From a virus, in the IMG/VR virus record IMGVR_UViG_3300018077_000003: 41,854 nt of DNA, one strand, 5' to 3'. The translations under genes were made by a program, and so were the position numbers. Of the stretch, positions 17,466 to 27,002 are shown piece by piece. Within the stretch, counting starts at the first letter, position 1; each line of letters opens with the position of its first letter. The notes under the pieces were generated by a model. It made no database searches. It saw only the letters and a list, made by a program, of their open reading frames with translations, and was not told where the DNA came from.

Positions 17466-20400
17466 GATCTATAGCGGTAAGGGCCCTCGGTGGTTCATCG
17501 AGGATATTCTGCCTAAGATGCATGAAGAGGGCGGGGCGGAACGTGTCCTGGTGCCGAAAGTTACAGATCCGGAGCCAATGATCCGTGAGATCGATCCCGA
17601 TGAATTTTTGAATCGGGACCCCAAGGATGGGCCCTTGATCATGGCCACTGCCCCCATGCATCAGCCCGCACGCCGTGCCATTAAGGGTGATGTGACTGAT
17701 CCGGAGCAGGTGGCTCAGCTTCAATTTGCCCCGGAGATTCAAGAGAAGGCCGATGCGATGCGCCGCAAGCAGGAAGCCGAGGCTGCCGCGCGCAAGAAGG
17801 CTGAGGAAGAGGCCACGGGGGCCCGGGTGCAAGAAGGCCTTAAAGAGCAGCGTGAACGTGAGAGGATGCTGGAGGATATCGACCTGGGGACCGGTAAGCC
17901 GAAGGTCAAGCCCGAGAAGAAGGGTGAAACAGAGCCTATTGTTGTTGCGGAGGGGGGCCCTACTCATAGGTTAGTGGTGCCGAATGTTGGGGAAATTGCC
18001 AAGGGCACCAAGCAGGAAATGCTGGATCTCAAGAAACAGAAGGCTACTGGTGGGTCGGTCCAAAAAATTCCGATCAAGATCGGAGAAGCAGAATTCGAGC
18101 CGCTTGAGCCCCCCATCCAACTTGCGCAGCTTGGCGTCAGGACCGACGTGCCCGTGTTCGAGGCCGACGACACCCCGCCCGCAGACCTTGGTCCCGACTA
18201 TCAGAACCGAATCCAGGGCCGCAGCGCCGAGAATGATGCCCGCGAGACGGAACTATGGGGCCAAACGTTCAAATCTACCGAGGGCTTGCCGCCGACGCAG
18301 ATCGAGCCCATTGCCCCAAAGACCGGACCTGAAGGCCGAGAGCTTCCGGAGCCCAAGCCATCCCGTCGTCCGACCGAGGATCCCCTTGGATTGCAGCCGG
18401 GCGGGGAAAGTGGCATACGGACGGTGGGCCGACATGTCAAGGAGGCATTTACCCAGATCCCGGCGGGCATGGCGGATGCCGTTATCAATGCATCAAATGT
18501 GTTCACCCCGCTCACGGAATGGTTTAACGAAAATATCGTGGATATTCATGTTCCGGTGCCCCGGCCCGACGCCCCGCAGACCGTGACCGGGAACATTTCG
18601 CGTAAGATCTCGGAGTTTCTGACCGGATTCATTCCGGCACTCCGCGCATTGCGCGGTACGGGCGCCGTTACGGGCGCCGCCACCGCACCGATGGCGGCGG
18701 GCGCGATCTCGGACTTCTTGGTCCATGATCCGCATGAAGGGCGTTTGGCCGATTTGTGGAAGGAAGCCAAACTTCCTAACGATATCCTCATCAATTATCT
18801 GGCGAGCGATCCCAATGACACCGAACTTGAAAGTCGGTTTAAGAATTCTCTGGAGGGCGCGGGCCTTGGCCTCGCGACGGAGGGCATATTCCTCGCAGCA
18901 AGGGCGATCCGCGCCGCCCGTGCCGTACGCAAGCTTCACACGAACGAGGTCGACTACTATCGGGCCAAATACGGTGAAATAACGGACGATGCGCTAAAGA
19001 ATTTGGGCAATCCGAAGGGGTCATCGGTCCGGGTGATTCAGGGCAAGCTGGAGGGTGATGAGATCAACCTTGCGCCGCGGGCATTTTTGCGCAAGCATGG
19101 TGCCGAATTGCCCGAGGGCTTTGAAGTTTCGATCAATTGGGCCCGGATCGATGAGCCGGACCAGATCAAGTTTGTCATTGGCAAGATGGCCGAGGCCGGA
19201 AAGGGTACGATCGATGAGGCCCGGCGCGGGGTGCAGACTCAGGAAATGACGGAGAAGTTGGCCAAGGACATGGGCCTATCGGTCGGGGAGCTTCTTACCC
19301 GGCGCAAGGGCGCGGCCCTGAATGCCGAGCAGGCGCTCGCAGCCCGTCAACTCTGGCTCGCGTCCGGGGAAAAATTGCTGGAATTGGCTAAGGCCGCCGC
19401 CGATCCGAACGCCGGCCCTGTCGATATGTTCATATTTCGTAAGCAGATGGCCACGCACGCGGCGATTCAATCAGAAGTCCTTGGGGCGCGGGCCGAGGCC
19501 GGGCGGGCACTTGCATCTTGGCGAATTCCGGCGACCGGGGCCGAGCGGGCCAGGGCGATCGAGCAAACGCTCGCGGCCCTGGGCGGGGTCAGCAATTCTA
19601 AGGAAATGGCGCGGCGGCTGGCGATCCTTGCGATTCATGGCGACGTGGGCCCGGCCTCGCTGGGCAAGCTTGCATTCAAGGGGTATACCGCCGCGAGCAT
19701 CGATGCGTTCCGTGAGTTTTGGGTGAATATGCTCCTGTCGTCGCCCACCACGCATTTTGTGAACACGCTGTCAAATACACTCGTTCCATTTCAGCAGATC
19801 ATGGAGCGCGCGGTGGCGGGCGTCGGGCGCGGTATCGTTGGCGGAGAAGGCGCGCGACTTGGCGAGGCCGTGGCCATGACTTATGGCATGACCATGGCGC
19901 TTCGGGACGCATGGCGCATGGGCCTCAAATCTCTCAAGACCGGCGAGACTTCCCTGGGCTTCAACAAGACCGAACTGGTCCGGCCCCGCGCAATTTCTGC
20001 CGAGGGCTTTGGCATGGCATCGCAGACCGGATTCGGGCGGGCCTTAGATTTCATGGGCAATGTCTTTCGAATCCCGGGGCGGCTCCTGGGTGCCGAGGAT
20101 GAATTCTTCAAGACCATCGGCTATCGGATGGAGGTTCATGCCCAGGCCCTTCGTCAGGCGTCGGGCGAAGGTTTGAAAGGTCGCGAGCTGGGCGCCCGGA
20201 TCGCGGAGCTTGTGAAGAACCCGCCCGAGCATATTCATCTAGCGGCGGCAGACGCGGCGCTGATCAATACGTTCACATCGGAAGTGGGCACGTGGGGGCG
20301 GGCCGTGATCGGCTTGCGGGATGCCGGGCAATATAACCCCATGTTCCTCGTCTTGCCGTTCGTGCGTACGCCCGTGAATCTTGCCCGGTACGCGTTCGAG

Positions 20401-21522
20401 CGCACGCCATTGGCCCCGTTTTCGAAGCAATGGCGGGCGGATATTGGAGCGGGCGGGGCGCGGTCTGACTTAGCTCTCGCCAAGATGGCCACCGGCACCG
20501 CGATGATGATGACGGTCATGGACTATGCGGATCTCGGCATGATCTCTGGCAAGGGGCCCAAGGACAAGGAGACCCGGGAAGCGCTCAAACGGCAAGGGTG
20601 GAAAGAGTACTCATTCAAGGTCGGTGATACTTGGTATTCGTACAATCGCGTCGATCCCATGGGTATGGTGATGGGCTTTGCATCAAGTATCACCGAGGCC
20701 ATTAAGGATGGCGAAATCAACGAGGACGACGTGGACGAGTGGAATGAAGTGGCCGCCATGTCGATTGCCGTGGTGTCGCAGACCGTTATCAATAAGACCT
20801 ACATGGAGGGCTTTGCCAATTTCGTCGAGGCCATGGACGATCCGCACCGGCACTCGGAACATTGGGTGCAAAATCTTACTGCTTCCTTGGTGCCGAGTGC
20901 CTCGAATGCCCTTAAAAATGTCATGGACCCGCTGGCCCGTGAAGCAAATTCCCCCGCCGAGGCGGTCATGGCCCGGATCGCGTTCCTGTCGGAGCGTTTG
21001 CCCCCGCGCCGGGACCTATGGGGCGCACCGTTGACGCTTCAACAGCACGAAGAACGGGGGGCGGTCGGGACGGTGTACGATGCGCTGACGCCCGTGCGCT
21101 CGGCCAAGCAGGTCGAATCGCCCATCGATCGTGAAATCGTGCGCCTGGGCGAGGGAATCGAGCGGATCGCGAAGAAGTCTACATTCAGCGGGGTCCAGGT
21201 GAATTTTAAAGAATGGCCCGAAGTCTACGATGAGTACGTGCGGCTGGCCGGCAATGAACTCAAGCACCCGGGCTGGCAGATGGGGGCCAAGGACTACTTA
21301 AATCTCGTGGTCGAGGGCAAGCATTCCATGGGCCCAGTGTACAAGATCTTGCCCGACGCATCCCGGCAAGCGTTTATTCAATCAATGATCGGCGATTACC
21401 GGAAATTGGCCCAATATAAGATTCTATCGGACCCGCGATTTAAGGAATTTGCGGCCTATGTCAAGCGGTTGCAGGAAAATTACCGGGGCGGCAGGATGCC
21501 CGTTCTAGGAGAGACGCAATGA
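17401..21522 (+). CDS. Large internal virion / DNA-ejection protein (gp16-like by size and position)
   Basis: 1373 aa. Start is uncertain: it overlaps the upstream gene by 65 nt, and alternative ATGs exist at 17422 and 17518. Confidence 0.55.
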   Translation: MKRPRDKMPKRKPEKPSGSAAKIYSGKGPRWFIEDILPKMHEEGGAERVLVPKVTDPEPMIREIDPDEFLNRDPKDGPLIMATAPMHQPARRAIKGDVTDPEQVAQLQFAPEIQEKADAMRRKQEAEAAARKKAEEEATGARVQEGLKEQRERERMLEDIDLGTGKPKVKPEKKGETEPIVVAEGGPTHRLVVPNVGEIAKGTKQEMLDLKKQKATGGSVQKIPIKIGEAEFEPLEPPIQLAQLGVRTDVPVFEADDTPPADLGPDYQNRIQGRSAENDARETELWGQTFKSTEGLPPTQIEPIAPKTGPEGRELPEPKPSRRPTEDPLGLQPGGESGIRTVGRHVKEAFTQIPAGMADAVINASNVFTPLTEWFNENIVDIHVPVPRPDAPQTVTGNISRKISEFLTGFIPALRALRGTGAVTGAATAPMAAGAISDFLVHDPHEGRLADLWKEAKLPNDILINYLASDPNDTELESRFKNSLEGAGLGLATEGIFLAARAIRAARAVRKLHTNEVDYYRAKYGEITDDALKNLGNPKGSSVRVIQGKLEGDEINLAPRAFLRKHGAELPEGFEVSINWARIDEPDQIKFVIGKMAEAGKGTIDEARRGVQTQEMTEKLAKDMGLSVGELLTRRKGAALNAEQALAARQLWLASGEKLLELAKAAADPNAGPVDMFIFRKQMATHAAIQSEVLGARAEAGRALASWRIPATGAERARAIEQTLAALGGVSNSKEMARRLAILAIHGDVGPASLGKLAFKGYTAASIDAFREFWVNMLLSSPTTHFVNTLSNTLVPFQQIMERAVAGVGRGIVGGEGARLGEAVAMTYGMTMALRDAWRMGLKSLKTGETSLGFNKTELVRPRAISAEGFGMASQTGFGRALDFMGNVFRIPGRLLGAEDEFFKTIGYRMEVHAQALRQASGEGLKGRELGARIAELVKNPPEHIHLAAADAALINTFTSEVGTWGRAVIGLRDAGQYNPMFLVLPFVRTPVNLARYAFERTPLAPFSKQWRADIGAGGARSDLALAKMATGTAMMMTVMDYADLGMISGKGPKDKETREALKRQGWKEYSFKVGDTWYSYNRVDPMGMVMGFASSITEAIKDGEINEDDVDEWNEVAAMSIAVVSQTVINKTYMEGFANFVEAMDDPHRHSEHWVQNLTASLVPSASNALKNVMDPLAREANSPAEAVMARIAFLSERLPPRRDLWGAPLTLQQHEERGAVGTVYDALTPVRSAKQVESPIDREIVRLGEGIERIAKKSTFSGVQVNFKEWPEVYDEYVRLAGNELKHPGWQMGAKDYLNLVVEGKHSMGPVYKILPDASRQAFIQSMIGDYRKLAQYKILSDPRFKEFAAYVKRLQENYRGGRMPVLGETQ

Positions 21523-23786
21523 CTGTTCAATCGAGCACGAACCGGATCTCATACACCGGAACCGGCGGGGGCACGACCGGTCCGTTCACGATCCCGTACT
21601 TTTTCCTTGAAGCCGATGACCTCAAGGTCGTTAAGGTTTTGATCGCGGACGGATCGTCGGTCACGTTGGTCCTCACGGCCGATTATTCGGTGCTGGGGGC
21701 GGCGGACCCGGCCGGGGGCTCGCTAACCCTGGTCGCGGCCCTGTTCAGCACGCACCGGATCGAAATCATCCGGGACCCGGACGTCTTGCAACTTACGTCC
21801 TATCCCCTGGTCGATCCATTTCCTTCGAAGTCCCACGAGCGGGCGCTCGACAAGCTTACGATGCTGGCTCAGCGGGCCCTTGAGTTAATCAGCCGCAGCT
21901 TGAAATTGGCGGATTCGGTGTCCTCGGGCATCCTGGTCGATCTCATCCCCCAGGCATCAAAGTTTCTGCGTTGGAACGCCACGGCCACCGGCCTGGAGAA
22001 TGCCGATATTTTCTTGGGTGGCTCGATTTCGGTGCCCGGTGGGGTGGGCATAGCCACTTATAACGGGGCCGGGGCCTTTGGCAACCGCACCATCATCGGC
22101 AGCGCCTTTGTCTCTGTCGTGAACGGGGATGGGCAGGCAGGGAATCCGGCGCTGAGCGTTCCGGACGATGCCATCACGTTCGCTAAGGTTCAGAACATCG
22201 CTACGGCCAAGTTACTTGGGCGCACGACCGGCGGCTCGGGTGATATCGAGGAGATCACGGCGTCCGATAACTTGAGCCTGTCGGCCGGATTGCTCAAGGC
22301 CAATCGCATTACGACCCCGCACCGTCAGACCGCGCTTGCAAGCGCCTTAGATGCGGGCGGATTTTCCAGCTTCATTACCATCGGCTCGGGACTGCGGCCC
22401 GGGATCGATGCTTCCCCCACGCCGCTCGTTCTTACCTGTGCCAAGGGGTATGATCAATATGGCGCGGTGGACCTGTGCGAGTTATTTAATGCCGATATCA
22501 CGGACCCATTGGGCGCGGACCTGCCGGGATTGAACACAAGTTTCCTGTTCCGGGCCCTGGCCACGGCCTGGGGCGCCACTATCCTTCCGCCGCAATATAG
22601 GTATACCTTTGACCGGACGAGGCAAATACTTTGCCGGTTCCCCGGGACGGACGGGGCAGCAGCGACGACCGAGGACTATGGCAATGCGCTCACCTTTAAC
22701 GGCAACGCCCAGCTTGACACCGCCGTCCAGATCGATGGACTGAACACGCTGCTGCTGGACGGGACCGGCGACTTCGTCGACATTATTGGTATCACGACGC
22801 TCGGGGATGGGTCGTGGACGCTCGAGGGCAAGTTTCGGTCGAATACGCTGCCGACCTCCGGGCTTAGGCAAACGATCTTTGGGTTCACGAACGGTACTGA
22901 TCCAGCGACTCGCACAGTTAGCCTACGTCTCTTTAATGATGTTGGCACGATCACGACGGAGTTTTTCGCTTCCTCGAATAACACATCGCACGACATTGCC
23001 AACAATGTGAAGGGGGTTAAGACAAGTTGGGCTGTAGCAACTACATATCACTTCGTGGTGGCGTTCGATGCACTCGCCAGCAAGTATCTGGTATATGTCG
23101 ACGGCATTCAGGATATCAGTGTGTCGTCTACGCTTCGAATTGCGGCCGGCGATCGGTTTAGAATTGGGCGGGATGTTACGGCCACTCCGCAAGAATGGAA
23201 CGGTGCCGTAGCAGGCTTCCGTTTCTCGCCAGCCTGCCGTTATCCCAATGGTACGACGTTCACTCCGCCGAATATTTCTACCTTCGCCGTCGAGGGGCAT
23301 TTCTTCTCGATTCCACAGATGAAGATGCTCGAGGCTACAGGGGCCTCGGTCGCCGCCGGAACGGACCCGACGTTCACGCAGCGTGACCGGATGTTCATCG
23401 GCGAGGCCGATACCTCCGGCGCGGCGGTCACGGCGGTGCGGAGCTACGGGCTGTTGGCGCGATACGTTAGTGAACTTTTCTCACTGACCGCCTTAACGAC
23501 TGCGGTCAAAAACCATAACCTTGGTATTGTGCCTCTGCGCATGCGCTTGCTCGGTGTCTGCCAAACCACAGACCGCGGATACGTGTCAGGAGATACGCTC
23601 TCCCTGAATTTTACCGATACTTCCAGCGAAGGCACTGCGCGAGGGTTCCAGTTGGGGGCAGATAGAATGTCGCTCAATGTCGCGAATGCAAGCGCCTTGC
23701 TGCTTCTTGCGAAGAATAGTGCAAGTCAAACCGCCTTGACGCTAGCGAACTGGAAGTTTCGCGCAGAAGTGAGTAGGGGCTGGTGA
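21519..23786 (+). CDS. Tail fibre with T7 gp17-like N-terminus and central LamG/concanavalin-like domain
   Basis: N-terminal ISYTGTGGGTTGPFTIPYFFLEADDLKV...SHERALDKLTMLAQRA. Central LDGTGDFVDI...WTLEGKF...TYHFVVAFD...YLVYVDG...FRIGRD...WNGAVAGFRF. Confidence 0.8.
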   Translation: MTVQSSTNRISYTGTGGGTTGPFTIPYFFLEADDLKVVKVLIADGSSVTLVLTADYSVLGAADPAGGSLTLVAALFSTHRIEIIRDPDVLQLTSYPLVDPFPSKSHERALDKLTMLAQRALELISRSLKLADSVSSGILVDLIPQASKFLRWNATATGLENADIFLGGSISVPGGVGIATYNGAGAFGNRTIIGSAFVSVVNGDGQAGNPALSVPDDAITFAKVQNIATAKLLGRTTGGSGDIEEITASDNLSLSAGLLKANRITTPHRQTALASALDAGGFSSFITIGSGLRPGIDASPTPLVLTCAKGYDQYGAVDLCELFNADITDPLGADLPGLNTSFLFRALATAWGATILPPQYRYTFDRTRQILCRFPGTDGAAATTEDYGNALTFNGNAQLDTAVQIDGLNTLLLDGTGDFVDIIGITTLGDGSWTLEGKFRSNTLPTSGLRQTIFGFTNGTDPATRTVSLRLFNDVGTITTEFFASSNNTSHDIANNVKGVKTSWAVATTYHFVVAFDALASKYLVYVDGIQDISVSSTLRIAAGDRFRIGRDVTATPQEWNGAVAGFRFSPACRYPNGTTFTPPNISTFAVEGHFFSIPQMKMLEATGASVAAGTDPTFTQRDRMFIGEADTSGAAVTAVRSYGLLARYVSELFSLTALTTAVKNHNLGIVPLRMRLLGVCQTTDRGYVSGDTLSLNFTDTSSEGTARGFQLGADRMSLNVANASALLLLAKNSASQTALTLANWKFRAEVSRGW

Positions 23787-24076
23787 TGCAAGAGTGCTAT
23801 AGGGTCGAGATCATCAGCCTGTTGAAGGGCCTGCGGCCCGTTTTTCGCAGCGCGGTCGAGGGGTTGGTGGTGATCTTTGTCTGTTACCTGTCATACCTGG
23901 CCTTTGTCTGGGCGATGCGGGTAGGGGGCATGGCGATAATGGAAAAAGGCACAGTGGATATCGGGGTGGCGGCGATTCTTGCCGCCGTCCTGACGCCATT
24001 GAGCACTTTACAGGGATACGTATTATCAAAATATATCCAATCTCGGAATGGAGGAAACAAAGGGGACAATGCATAG
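23786..24076 (+). CDS. Holin (two predicted TM segments)
   Basis: TGATG junction with the fibre gene. LVVIFVCYLSYLAFVWAM and IGVAAILAAVLTPL hydrophobic segments with a charged C-terminus. First gene of the lysis cassette. Confidence 0.6.
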   Translation: MQECYRVEIISLLKGLRPVFRSAVEGLVVIFVCYLSYLAFVWAMRVGGMAIMEKGTVDIGVAAILAAVLTPLSTLQGYVLSKYIQSRNGGNKGDNA

Positions 24077-24086
24077 GAGTAATGTC

Positions 24087-24554
24087 ATGTTGCGAGATCC
24101 ATATGATCGGGACCTACCATCCGGCGTCCTGAAGTTGTATTTCCTGTCGAAGATCTGCAAGTATACCGTCATCGTGCTGGTGCTGACGCTGGCGCTAGTG
24201 GCCACGGTTGCATTCGCTGATGACGGACCGGCCCTGGTGTTCCAGCATGAGAAAGGTGATCGTGTTGTGCTGTTGACCACGGCCTGTGATGGGGGCACGG
24301 CCCTGGAGATCCTGCATGCGACTCTGAGCAAGCGGCTGCAGGACATGGGTACCTTGCAACGAGCCGTTTACCAGCACCGCAATGGCAATAATATCCCGGG
24401 ATGCTGGGCTTTGTTCGATGGCGGGGTTAATATTGTCACTGCCTGGACGGATGGTGACATGTTCATCCATGACCGCAATATCTTTAGCATCGGGCCGGCG
24501 GCGCGGCCCCCGGTCAAGGGTTCATGCTCCGCGGCCCAGGTGGGGTGCACATGA
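24087..24554 (+). CDS. Secreted or periplasmic protein of unknown function
   Basis: AGGAG 7 nt before ATG 24087. Signal-peptide-like VIVLVLTLALVATVAFA/DD. Locally AT-richer DNA. Confidence 0.55.
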   Translation: MLRDPYDRDLPSGVLKLYFLSKICKYTVIVLVLTLALVATVAFADDGPALVFQHEKGDRVVLLTTACDGGTALEILHATLSKRLQDMGTLQRAVYQHRNGNNIPGCWALFDGGVNIVTAWTDGDMFIHDRNIFSIGPAARPPVKGSCSAAQVGCT

Positions 24555-24988
24555 GGCTGAGCGAGCATTTCCACCTGGAGGAATTCACCATATCGCAGGA
24601 GGCGGTGCGGCGGGGGATCGATAACACCCTCCCCCCGCCCCTGATGGCGAACGCCCGGTTTATAGCCATTAAGATGGAGATCGTGCGAGCGCGGCTGGGG
24701 GCCCGTCCGATCCTTATTTCATCGGGCTATCGATGCGTGGAATTGAATCAAGCTATCGGATCAAAAGCTACCAGCGCCCACCCATCGATGCTGGCCATCG
24801 ACTTCACGTGCCCCGGCTACGGCACCCCGCACGAGATCTGCCTTGCTCTCGGCCCGCAGGCCAGGGAGATTGATTTCGATCAATTGATCCATGAATTCGC
24901 GGCATGGGTGCACATCGGATTTTCACTCGGGGCGCCCCGGCATGAACGACTGACCATCGATCGCACTGGGGCCAGAGAAGGGTTCTGA
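24551..24988 (+). CDS. Endolysin, peptidase M15 (VanY/T5 Lys-like)
   Basis: ATGA coupling. LSEHFHLEEF, SGYRC..LN...GS..SAH..MLAIDF, WVHI (Zn-ligand H-D-H pattern). Confidence 0.8.
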   Translation: MRLSEHFHLEEFTISQEAVRRGIDNTLPPPLMANARFIAIKMEIVRARLGARPILISSGYRCVELNQAIGSKATSAHPSMLAIDFTCPGYGTPHEICLALGPQAREIDFDQLIHEFAAWVHIGFSLGAPRHERLTIDRTGAREGF

Positions 24989-25506
24989 TGACCAAGTACC
25001 TGCTTATAGCACTTGCTATAGCCGGGGCCTTATTGTCCTTTGCCTCATGGCAATTGTGGGAATCGTGGAAGCGCGAAGCAGCCATACGGGGCGAATATGA
25101 GGGGTTCAAAGCAGAAGTTGAGGCGAAAGGGGAGAAGGCCGGAATCGTTGCTAAGGCCGAAGATAGTAAACGAAAGGAGAATGCCAATGCCACGCGTCTT
25201 GAAATGCGTCGTCTTAACGCTCTTATTGTCGGGCTGCGCGACCGGCCCAGTGTCCGTCCCGATGGCAGTTCCGTGTCCGTCACTCCCCCCTGTCCCTCGG
25301 GAGTTGATCGGCCCGCCGGCGAATGGGTATCTCTTACAGACTACCGAGCCCTCGAACAGCGAGCCCGTGAAGACGCGGCCCGACTGATGGGCTGGGAGAA
25401 GTGGCGCATAGATAACAACATTCCGGTAGCGGGGGATGAACACGACGTCATGCGTTGGAAATTCGCCCGCGATCAGGGCGTCGAGGGCATCGGCGGCCCA
25501 CGCTGA
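24988..25506 (+). CDS. Rz: i-spanin (Rz-like)
   Basis: N-terminal TM segment YLLIALAIAGALLSFASW followed by a coiled-coil periplasmic region. Follows the endolysin. Confidence 0.75.
   Translation: MTKYLLIALAIAGALLSFASWQLWESWKREAAIRGEYEGFKAEVEAKGEKAGIVAKAEDSKRKENANATRLEMRRLNALIVGLRDRPSVRPDGSSVSVTPPCPSGVDRPAGEWVSLTDYRALEQRAREDAARLMGWEKWRIDNNIPVAGDEHDVMRWKFARDQGVEGIGGPR
25181..25387 (+). CDS. Rz1: o-spanin (Rz1-like lipoprotein) embedded in the +1 frame of Rz
   Basis: AAGGAGA directly upstream. MPMPRVLKCVVLTLLLSGC lipobox and a Pro-rich mature part. Lies wholly inside 24988-25506. Confidence 0.75.
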   Translation: MPMPRVLKCVVLTLLLSGCATGPVSVPMAVPCPSLPPVPRELIGPPANGYLLQTTEPSNSEPVKTRPD

Positions 25507-25578
25507 CGCAGCCCCCTCCGGTTGACGCGCGGGGCGTCGTCGTTGGCGCACTAACCGGTCCGCCCGCATATAGCTAGC

Positions 25579-26154
25579 CTAACGGCCGTTGGGGCCCGGG
25601 GCCATGGTTTCCCGGGCATGCCGCAGGATATCCTCGCCCGTGATCGAATCGAGCCACGGCGTGGAATACTGGGTCAGGATCACCGGGCTCACTAACAAGA
25701 ATTTATCGCGCGCGAAATTAATGTAATCGGTAATCGGGATGTAGGCCATGAAGTTCTGGAGCGGGTGAACTACCCCCAGCTTGTAGAAGACCAGGAAGCC
25801 ACACCATGAATTGCCGTTGGTCGCGTCGTGCCGGATACGCAGCCATTCCACCTGCTGACGGCGCAGATATTTCAATTTAAAGGTCTCGCCCCCCGACTTG
25901 AACTCCGTATACTTTAGCTCGAGCCAGTACTCGTGCCCTTCGTGTGCGACGCTCAGATCCGGGACCCCGAGGGTGCGGGGCGCCTCATCAAGCACTTGCA
26001 CGTGAGCGCCGGTCCCGAACAAGCGCTTGATGACCTCGCCCTGGAAAGACAGTTCATTAAAGATGGACCCCCGGCTCACCGACGCGGGCGCCATGGCCCC
26101 TGCCGGCTTGGATTGCCCATTGAACGTGCGATCTTTCCACTTGCCGGTGCTCAT
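25579..26154 (-). CDS. PD-(D/E)XK nuclease, VRR-NUC-like
   Basis: GVPDLSV...EYWLELKYTE...LRRQQVEWL fits the D...E-x-K plus Q motif. Start placed at the ATG that forms an ATGA junction with the upstream micro-ORF; an alternative ATG lies at 26169. Confidence 0.55.
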   Translation of the reverse strand: MSTGKWKDRTFNGQSKPAGAMAPASVSRGSIFNELSFQGEVIKRLFGTGAHVQVLDEAPRTLGVPDLSVAHEGHEYWLELKYTEFKSGGETFKLKYLRRQQVEWLRIRHDATNGNSWCGFLVFYKLGVVHPLQNFMAYIPITDYINFARDKFLLVSPVILTQYSTPWLDSITGEDILRHARETMAPGPNGR

Positions 26155-26246
26155 CGGTATTTGCTCCATAGTTCAGCTATCTTCCATGCCATGGCGACGA
26201 TCACGGCGATTATCACCATCCATGGCCCCGGTCGGTTGATTCTCAT
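26151..26246 (-). CDS. Micro-ORF, 31-aa membrane peptide
   Basis: Not in the ORF track. ATGA junctions at both ends. MRINRPGPWMVIIAVIVAMAWKIAELWSKYR. Confidence 0.35.
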   Translation of the reverse strand: MRINRPGPWMVIIAVIVAMAWKIAELWSKYR

Positions 26247-26749
26247 TCCTGTACTTCCATGGCCCGTAGCACTTCGGCCACCGGCTCGGCCCACTCTTCC
26301 CCATACTCCGCCAGCATGGCCATGACCTCATCGGCATAGAGTTGGCGCACCTTGGCAGAGTGCACCCCAACCCAGCGGTGATGAATCCAGCCAAGGGCCT
26401 CTAGCTTATCGGCCATTTTAACGAACCGGGCCAATTCGATCGACGGCTCCACGAAGAAGGCATGGTGAAACGGCATCACGGAGGGTCTGGGGAGCATGTT
26501 GGCCTTGGCCGGTGAGGGTATATCCCCGGTCCTAAACTCATCGGCATCATGGAACATGCAGTATACCAGAAGCTGAAGCGCCCCTTCCCGGTTTCCCGGA
26601 GTGCCGGCAAGACCGATAATTCGATCGTACAGCATCAGCGCAATGAGCATTACCCCATACTGGTGGTCCGCAAGGGTTTGCTCGCCGACGACTTGGATCG
26701 TGTGCCATCTGCGGACATGGCGTGATAGAAAGATCTCTTTCCAGTTCAT
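26243..26749 (-). CDS. datZ: HD-domain dNTP hydrolase, DatZ-like (dATP triphosphohydrolase candidate)
   Basis: 169 aa from the internal ATG (MNWKEIFLSRHVRRWH...). LADHQ...CMFHDADEFRTGDIPSP HD motif of the YfbR/DatZ type. ATGA coupling to the upstream gene. The longer 300-aa ORF is a frame shadow. Confidence 0.65.
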   Translation of the reverse strand: MNWKEIFLSRHVRRWHTIQVVGEQTLADHQYGVMLIALMLYDRIIGLAGTPGNREGALQLLVYCMFHDADEFRTGDIPSPAKANMLPRPSVMPFHHAFFVEPSIELARFVKMADKLEALGWIHHRWVGVHSAKVRQLYADEVMAMLAEYGEEWAEPVAEVLRAMEVQE

Positions 26750-27000
26750 CGTTCCTCCAGCGGTGTTTGATAGTCCAGGCCATACTGCTCCAGGCACGCG
26801 ACGCCTAAGGCAATTACCTGCACGATCTCGTTTAACGGGTGGCTGCGATTCACGCTCCCGTAACGGATGCCATCTTCGGCCTCGACCATTTCGCGCCGCA
26901 TGATTCTCAGCCATTCCTTGGCCGTATGCATTTGTACATACATGCCTTGGTGCGCGCGCTCGCGCACGATCTCGTTGAAAATCTCTTCTCTCGTAACCAT
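26746..27000 (-). CDS. mazZ: Small all-alpha MazG-like NTP pyrophosphohydrolase candidate (MazZ-like)
   Basis: 84 aa. REMVEAED and NEIVQVIALGVACLEQYGLD resemble the two acidic helices of MazG-type domains. GAGGAGA RBS. Sits between the purZ-like and datZ-like genes. Confidence 0.45.
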   Translation of the reverse strand: MVTREEIFNEIVRERAHQGMYVQMHTAKEWLRIMRREMVEAEDGIRYGSVNRSHPLNEIVQVIALGVACLEQYGLDYQTPLEER

Positions 27001-27002
27001 GG

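Noticed and set aside
21519-23786. Diversity-generating retroelement, suspected because the capsid module resembles BPP-1.
   Set aside because: No ORF with reverse-transcriptase motifs (no YxDD-type core) exists anywhere in the window, and I saw no template/variable repeat pair near the fibre 3' end.
25507-25578. Bidirectional terminator in the convergent gap between Rz and the nuclease gene.
   Set aside because: Only a 5-bp stem (GACGC-gcggg-GCGTC) without a proper U tract on either strand. Too weak to call.
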